A stretch of 51,107 bases of DNA from Candidatus Omnitrophota bacterium (GTDB lineage: Bacteria > Omnitrophota > Gorgyraeia > Pluralincolimonadales > Pluralincolimonadaceae). The position numbers and the translations under genes were made by a program. The DNA is taken from contig PLNR01000005.1 of assembly GCA_003141835.1 (NCBI GenBank), forward strand, positions 1 through 51,107, in the 5' to 3' direction. Below are positions 46,062 to 51,107 of the stretch, one piece after another (the stretch's first letter is position 1; the number at the start of each line of letters is the position of its first letter). The notes below the pieces were generated by a model. The model did not search any database, was not told the origin of the DNA, and saw nothing but the letters and a program-made list of their open reading frames with translations.

Positions 46062-47114
46062 ATGAGAGAAGCCGATAAGGGCCGGGACCAGTATTTAAGG
46101 ATATACCGCAAGACGATGGATAATTCTATCTGCTTCCTTGCCCATTGGGAATTGACCTATAAATGCAACTTGGGATGCAGGCATTGTTACGCCGCCGGAA
46201 GGAAAGACGGTAAGGAATTTTCTTACGAAGAGGCGAGGCCTATCATAGACGAACTCAGGGATATGGGCTGCCTCTATCTCATCTTCAGCGGGGGCGAGAT
46301 CTTGATGAGGGATGATTTTTTCGATATCGCGTCGTATGCGAGAGGGCAGGGTTTCGCGCTGCGGCTGATGACGAACGCCACCCTGATCGACGAAGCTGTC
46401 AGCGAGAAGATAGCGTCTCTCTACCCTTTAGCGGTCGAGACGAGCATATATGCCGCTGATAAGGACCTTCACGATGCCATCACTTCTTCCGCGGGTTCTT
46501 TCGATAAGACGATAAAAGCTGCGAGGCTCCTCAAGGAAAGGAACGTAAGGGTCATCTTTAAATTCCTTATCATGAATGACAATATCGGAGAGTTCAGGGC
46601 CGTAAGATCATTAGCGGGAGAGATCGGCGCGGATTTTGTATTCGATTTTTGCGTCGTAGGCAAAAATGACGGCTCTAAGGCCCCATTAAGATACAGGCTC
46701 GATAAGGAGAAGATCAAAGATTTTTTTATATCGAACGATCTCCCTCTGGGAAAAAAGGAAGCCGATGACGAGGATCTTCTTTGTATCGCGGGCCTTAATA
46801 ATATTTTCATTACGCCCCATCTCGATGTTTATCCCTGTATCGGGCTGGACGTGAAATTAGGCAACCTCCGCGAAGGGAGCCTCAAGGATATATGGCGTTC
46901 CTCGGAGGAATTGAATTTTGTAAGAAACATAAACCTGCCCGACTTGCCGAAGTGCAAAAGCTGCGGCCTCGCTCAATTTTGTTTTAGATGCTCGGGAATA
47001 GCGCTTTCCGAAGATAACGATATTTTAGGGCCGTCGAATTTCGACTGTTCGGTCGCCGCAGCGGTAAGTGAAATTGCGGCGGAAAAAGAGGAGTTGATAA
47101 ACAATGGAAAATAG
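46062..47114 (+). CDS. Radical SAM/SPASM peptide maturase
   Basis: CNLGCRHC, SGGE, and SPASM cysteines (CIAG, VYPC, CKSC, CFRC, C). Confidence 0.93.
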   Translation: MREADKGRDQYLRIYRKTMDNSICFLAHWELTYKCNLGCRHCYAAGRKDGKEFSYEEARPIIDELRDMGCLYLIFSGGEILMRDDFFDIASYARGQGFALRLMTNATLIDEAVSEKIASLYPLAVETSIYAADKDLHDAITSSAGSFDKTIKAARLLKERNVRVIFKFLIMNDNIGEFRAVRSLAGEIGADFVFDFCVVGKNDGSKAPLRYRLDKEKIKDFFISNDLPLGKKEADDEDLLCIAGLNNIFITPHLDVYPCIGLDVKLGNLREGSLKDIWRSSEELNFVRNINLPDLPKCKSCGLAQFCFRCSGIALSEDNDILGPSNFDCSVAAAVSEIAAEKEELINNGK

Positions 47115-47262
47115 CCCGCGTAAAGACAAGAAAAGGCCGTACCGCAAACCGGCCGTCATTTTTTCCAAAAAGATAGAGGTGATATCCACGGTTTGTAATA
47201 CATCCAGGGGAGGCGAAAGCGGTTGCAGGAAAGCAATCCCTTGTTTTCGCCTTCTTTCATAA
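47104..47262 (+). CDS. Putative RiPP precursor peptide (52 aa, not in ORF track)
   Basis: Hand translation: MENSPRKDKKRPYRKPAVIFSKKIEVISTVCNTSRGGESGCRKAIPCFRLLS*. GAGGAG RBS at 47088-47093; YxxPxV leader motif; three Cys in the C-terminal part. Confidence 0.82.
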   Translation: MENSPRKDKKRPYRKPAVIFSKKIEVISTVCNTSRGGESGCRKAIPCFRLLS

Positions 47263-47280
47263 ATAAGGGCCGGACCTGAG

Positions 47281-47784
47281 ATGACGGAAGCAACGGCGCG
47301 CGTACGGGAATCGTTCTCTATCATGCGTGAGGCCATGATACGAGGGGGGTCTGCGATGAGGCTGCGCGCTAAGGGAGACAGCATGGGCCCGCTGATAAAA
47401 GAAGGGGACGTCATAGTCATAAGGCCCAGCACGTTTGACGAGATTGGGATCGGCGATATAGCCGTGTTTGGCGTCAGGGGTAAGCTGTGCGCCCACAGGC
47501 TTATAATGAAACGCGCCAAGGGCAACCGGCATGTCTTTGTTACGAAATCAGACAGGACTTTTACGGCCGACGCGCCTTTCGGGCATAAAAATTTATTCGG
47601 CAAGATATCCCATATCCAAAAAAACGCGCTGACGTTAAACCTCGAATCGTCCTTTTGGGTGCCGCTCAACCGCGTCCTGGGCTTATATCATTTAATACTG
47701 TGCCAGGCTGCCGTCCGTCTTCGCCTTCTTTACGCTGTATTTAAAAAAGGCGATGCTCAACGGGATGAGCAACGCGGAGAATAG
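47281..47784 (+). CDS. S24/S26-family serine peptidase
   Basis: GDSMGP.IKEGD (Ser), GDIAVF, AHRL (His base), TKSD. Confidence 0.85.
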   Translation: MTEATARVRESFSIMREAMIRGGSAMRLRAKGDSMGPLIKEGDVIVIRPSTFDEIGIGDIAVFGVRGKLCAHRLIMKRAKGNRHVFVTKSDRTFTADAPFGHKNLFGKISHIQKNALTLNLESSFWVPLNRVLGLYHLILCQAAVRLRLLYAVFKKGDAQRDEQRGE

Positions 47785-48498
47785 CAGCAAAAACCCCGCC
47801 TCTTTGGCGAGTTGCGCTAAAGAATAGCCTTTATAGACCGATAATTCCATGGCCCGGATAGCGTAAGTGATGGGAAAAAATTTCGCCAGGAATTGAAGCC
47901 ACCCCGGCAATACGGTAATGGGGAAATATACCCCGCCTATCAAACCCTCGACGCTGTTTATTATCCAACCCAAAGGATTCCCGCGCTTGAAGACCATAAT
48001 AAAACCTGCGGATATTATCCCTAAACCGCTGAAAGACGCGACTGTCAAAAACAGGATCACAATAGCGGATAATATATTTATGTGGGTAAAGTCTATTTTA
48101 AACAGGAAGATCCCCAATGCGATATAGATGGCCATATCCATGGTCGCGAAGATCAGGTTCCACAAGGCCATAGAGAGTAATATGGCCGGTATCCCGGCGG
48201 GGGTCAGGAGTATCGCTTCCAGGGTCCCCTGCGCTTGTTCGGACTGTATCCGGCTTGAAAAAGAACCCAACCCGATGCCGACATAGCTGAAAAACGCCAT
48301 ACCCAGCAGGACATAGGAAAAATAATTCACGCCGAATTCTTCCAAATGGCTGACCAGCATCCGGCCGAATAATTTATCGATAAAGAAATAACCCAGCAGG
48401 CTTATCAGTACCCCGAAGATATTGGCGAGAAAAGCCAGTTTATAACTGGACTCGATAAGGAAGTCTTTCTTTATGAAGGCCAGCGGTATTTTGCACAT
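47692..48498 (-). CDS. ABC-2 type exporter permease
   Basis: EQAQGTLEAILLTP, GGVYFPITVLPGWLQ..FFPITYAI; multiple TM segments. Confidence 0.9.
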   Translation of the reverse strand: MCKIPLAFIKKDFLIESSYKLAFLANIFGVLISLLGYFFIDKLFGRMLVSHLEEFGVNYFSYVLLGMAFFSYVGIGLGSFSSRIQSEQAQGTLEAILLTPAGIPAILLSMALWNLIFATMDMAIYIALGIFLFKIDFTHINILSAIVILFLTVASFSGLGIISAGFIMVFKRGNPLGWIINSVEGLIGGVYFPITVLPGWLQFLAKFFPITYAIRAMELSVYKGYSLAQLAKEAGFLLLFSALLIPLSIAFFKYSVKKAKTDGSLAQY

Positions 48499-48499
48499 C

Positions 48500-49282
48500 C
48501 TATGACCCCGCAGTCAGCTTCACGAATACCTCGCCAAGCGTAGCGGTCGGACCGCCCACTTGCTTGCGTAATTCTTCCAATGTCCCGAATGCGCGGAGCC
48601 TTCCTTTATCCAGGACCATGAACAGGTCGCAGAAATCCAGGGCTTCGTCCATATGGTGGGTGGCAATTATTGCGGTTTTATTCCGCGCCTTCACTAAAGT
48701 TTCTTTGATGAATCCCCTTAAGCTCAAAGCGGCGGCGTAATCGAGGCTTTTTGTCGGCTCATCCAGTAACAGGAGTTCCGGGTCGTGAAGCAGCCCCCTC
48801 ATCAACGCAAAACGCCTCTTCATGCCCGTCGAGTAGGAATCGAACCTTTTACCCGCGTAATCGACCGCAAATAATTCCGACAGCTCGCCTATCCTGGCCC
48901 CGGCGGTTTTCCTGTCGAGCCCGTAGAGGGCGGCAAAGAATTCCAGGTTTTGCCTGCCCGTGAGGCGCCAATAGAAACTCCTTTCTTCCTCGGCCACCAA
49001 TCCGATGGACATCTTTATCTTCTCTTCAAGGCCGGAGCCGTTTAATAAGACAGAGCCCCTGTCAGGCAAAAGGAGCGTAGCGATTATCTTTAAAAGGGTG
49101 GTCTTGCCCGCCCCGTTCGGCCCCAGCACGGCAAGTATCTTCCCCCTCTCGAGGCGGAAGGAAACATCATCGAGCGCCCTGACCGGTATCCCGCGCCCGA
49201 GATCGAATTTGATCAATTTTCCGAAAGAGAGGGGAGGGGTAAAATCCTTGGTTAGCCCGTCTACTTCTAATATAGGTCTCAT
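48500..49282 (-). CDS. ABC exporter ATP-binding protein
   Basis: GPNGAGKTT, YSTGMKRR, LLLDEPT, ATHHM. Confidence 0.95.
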   Translation of the reverse strand: MRPILEVDGLTKDFTPPLSFGKLIKFDLGRGIPVRALDDVSFRLERGKILAVLGPNGAGKTTLLKIIATLLLPDRGSVLLNGSGLEEKIKMSIGLVAEEERSFYWRLTGRQNLEFFAALYGLDRKTAGARIGELSELFAVDYAGKRFDSYSTGMKRRFALMRGLLHDPELLLLDEPTKSLDYAAALSLRGFIKETLVKARNKTAIIATHHMDEALDFCDLFMVLDKGRLRAFGTLEELRKQVGGPTATLGEVFVKLTAGS

Positions 49283-49311
49283 CTGGTTAGGTTTTATTTC
49301 GCCTTTGACTA

Positions 49312-49340
49312 ACTATACCACCGCAAAAAGTAATTGGCAA
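49312..49340 (-). promoter_or_regulatory. Sigma70-type promoter for the ABC exporter
   Basis: Minus strand TTGCCA-17 bp-TATAGT. Confidence 0.5.
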
Positions 49341-49366
49341 CCAGTTTATTCGTAATAAGAAAACCA

Positions 49367-49395
49367 TTGAAAGAAAGGCGGGATGCTGTTATAAT
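49367..49395 (+). promoter_or_regulatory. Sigma70-type promoter for the wza-like gene
   Basis: TTGAAA-17 bp-TATAAT. Confidence 0.65.
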
Positions 49396-49405
49396 AGCCG
49401 CTGAG

Positions 49406-50176
49406 ATGAAAGATAAAAATCAGTTTATCGCAGTAAGCCTTATCCTTTGCCTCCTAGCTTTTTTGCCCGCCCCTGTCTTTTCCGAAGAGAAACAGCCCGA
49501 AACCGGTAATAGAGGTTATCTTGCGGGAGGCCCTAAAGCAGCGGCTCCGGCCCCGGCCGTAGTAGAAGAGGAATACTGGACGAGGCCCCTGGAATATCAC
49601 ATAGGTAATGGCGATGTTATCGAAATTTCAGTGTGGGACATTGCCGCACTTTCCAAGGATATAACGGTCCGGCCGGACGGGAAAATTTCATATCCGTTGA
49701 TAGGCGAGGTCGACGTCTACGGATTAAGCATGAACCAGTTGAACGACGAGTTGACGAAAAGATTTTCCGTTTACGTCAGGCATCCGCAAGTTACGGTCAT
49801 CCTCAAGAAATTCGAAGGCAAGAGCGTATTTGTATTAGGTGAAGTCAAGAGCCCGGGTGTTTATAAGTATGGCGGACAAATACGGCTTATAGAGGCCATC
49901 AGCGTGGCGGGCGGGTTCACTCTTGATGCGGTCCCGAGAAGCGTATTGGTGATAAGGGGGGATATTACGAAGGATAAAAAACCCCAACTTATAAAGATCG
50001 ATGTGGCGAATATCTATACAAAAGCATATTTACGTAACAATATTTTATTGCAGCCGAATGACATCGTTTTCGTCTCCCGCTCGATCATAGCAAACGCGAC
50101 AGATTTCTTCACGAAGATAAATCAACCGTTGACCACGTATATTTTGACTAAACAAATCGTCAACCCGGGCTGGTAG
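49406..50176 (+). CDS. Polysaccharide export protein (Wza-like, Poly_export + SLBB)
   Basis: YHIGNGDVIEISVW, VRPDGKISYPLIGEV, VLGEVKSPG, AGGFT, LQPNDIVFV. Start reassigned to ATG 49406. Confidence 0.9.
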   Translation: MKDKNQFIAVSLILCLLAFLPAPVFSEEKQPETGNRGYLAGGPKAAAPAPAVVEEEYWTRPLEYHIGNGDVIEISVWDIAALSKDITVRPDGKISYPLIGEVDVYGLSMNQLNDELTKRFSVYVRHPQVTVILKKFEGKSVFVLGEVKSPGVYKYGGQIRLIEAISVAGGFTLDAVPRSVLVIRGDITKDKKPQLIKIDVANIYTKAYLRNNILLQPNDIVFVSRSIIANATDFFTKINQPLTTYILTKQIVNPGW

Positions 50177-50177
50177 A

Positions 50178-51107
50178 ATGGTTTTAGATGAATTAGCAAA
50201 AAGGGCGCATGAGGAAGGACTCAGCGCCCTTTTGTATTACGGCATTAAAGATACAAGCCTTTTAGGCTTGTTACCGCCCGAATTTATTTCAGGATTGGCC
50301 CGCCATTATTACAATAACGCCTCTTTCAACCTGTTCGCCCAAAAGAAATTAGGCGAAGTTCTGGCCGCTTTTGAAACGGCCGGGATCGACGCTATAGTCT
50401 TAAAAGGCCTCTCGCTGATGGATACGGTATATCCAAATATAGCCGTACGCCCCATAACCGATATAGACCTTTTGATCAAAGAAAGCGATCTTCCGCGCGC
50501 GAAAAATAAGTTGAACGAATTAGGATACGCTTGCGAAGAATATTGCCGGGAGGATTTCTATAACGGCGAAATAGCCATCGACATCCATTCGAGCCTGTTA
50601 AATTCGGTCAGGGTGAAGAGCCGGCATAAAACCTGCGAGGTCGATAACGCCGAGTTATGGAGGGATTCCGGTTCCATGATTTTGGACGGGAGAAAGGCCA
50701 GGGTCCTCTCGCCCGAGGACCAGTTGATCTCGCTCTGCCTGCACTTGTTCTATCACCACGGCCTGAAAAGGCTGATCTGGTTCGTGGATATTTACGCGTT
50801 GTTAAATACGCATGAAAATGTATTTGATTGGGCCAGGTTCCTGGACAAATGCCGCAGGTTTAAGGTCAAAAGCCCAGTTTACTATTGTCTTTCGGCTGCC
50901 GAAATAAAACTCGGGACCCTTGTCCCGCGGGAAGTTTTGGAAAGGTTAAAACCGCCGGCCGAGAACATCTTGACGAGGAAGATCCTGGATCTGGCGATGC
51001 ATAAAGATATATCCGAGAAGGTAAGGTTCTATTTTATCCTGTTATCTTTGGAAAAGCTTAAGGATAAGCTTTTGTACTTATTCGAGATCATACTGCCGCG
51101 CCCAAGC
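50178..51107 (+). CDS. Nucleotidyltransferase family protein (NTP_transf_5-like), 3' truncated by the window edge
   Basis: Hand translation: MVLDELAKRAHEEGLSALLY...IVLKGLSL..VYP..RPITDIDLLI...IDIH...; no stop seen before 51107, which is why it is missing from the ORF track. Confidence 0.85.
   Translation, partial: MVLDELAKRAHEEGLSALLYYGIKDTSLLGLLPPEFISGLARHYYNNASFNLFAQKKLGEVLAAFETAGIDAIVLKGLSLMDTVYPNIAVRPITDIDLLIKESDLPRAKNKLNELGYACEEYCREDFYNGEIAIDIHSSLLNSVRVKSRHKTCEVDNAELWRDSGSMILDGRKARVLSPEDQLISLCLHLFYHHGLKRLIWFVDIYALLNTHENVFDWARFLDKCRRFKVKSPVYYCLSAAEIKLGTLVPREVLERLKPPAENILTRKILDLAMHKDISEKVRFYFILLSLEKLKDKLLYLFEIILPRPS

Noticed and set aside
44940-47784. PQQ biosynthesis or a canonical lasso peptide cluster
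   Set aside because: No pqqB/pqqC and no ExxxY PqqA core. No asparagine-synthetase-like cyclase or transglutaminase-like B2 protease within the window, though these could lie beyond 51107.
1-51107. tRNA, rRNA or CRISPR loci
   Set aside because: None recognised; intergenic spaces are short and lack the expected signatures.

Overview
Bacterial genomic window, probably diderm (signal peptides, a porin-like protein, Wza). The gene style suggests a PVC-superphylum lineage such as Omnitrophota, but that is inference only. It has five blocks. (1) 1-2511: a complete IS3-family (IS2-like) element, an AT-rich orphan gene, a scar of tandem IS ends, and the C-terminal remnant of an OmpR/GlnR-type regulator. 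(2) 2.6-16.2 kb: a nitrogen-assimilation island with a rubredoxin-like ORF, a porin-like protein, an APC permease fused to a PII domain, three free PII proteins, an unannotated XRE-HTH, a duplicated amtB-glnK, two glutamine synthetases, glutamine-dependent NadE and a GAF-ANTAR protein. Four promoters here share an 11-bp-periodic TTAAC/GTAAT box. (3) 16.3-30.4 kb: a glycan-utilisation locus (GH35, GH144-like, GH94, ROK regulator, ABC binding proteins and permeases, three CBM11-like modules), probably for beta-1,2-glucan. (4) 30.4-32.8 kb: ATP-grasp ligase, a methyltransferase carrying an in-frame palindromic insert, a lipoprotein and a Cys-rich mini-protein. (5) 32.8-51.1 kb: a divergent surface/RiPP locus. 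On the minus strand are WbqC, PIG-L, WecA, ExeA and a degenerate HD-GYP. On the plus strand are a 2554-aa adhesin-C25 peptidase fusion, an HPr-kinase-like protein, PqqD/RRE, a radical SAM/SPASM enzyme, an unannotated 52-aa precursor peptide with a lasso-type leader and an S26 peptidase. These are followed by an ABC exporter (minus strand), Wza and a nucleotidyltransferase running off the window. The strongest candidates for undescribed systems are this RiPP cassette with its C25/glycan partners, and the APC-PII fusion with its regulon. All family calls come from motif recognition; no database searches were run.
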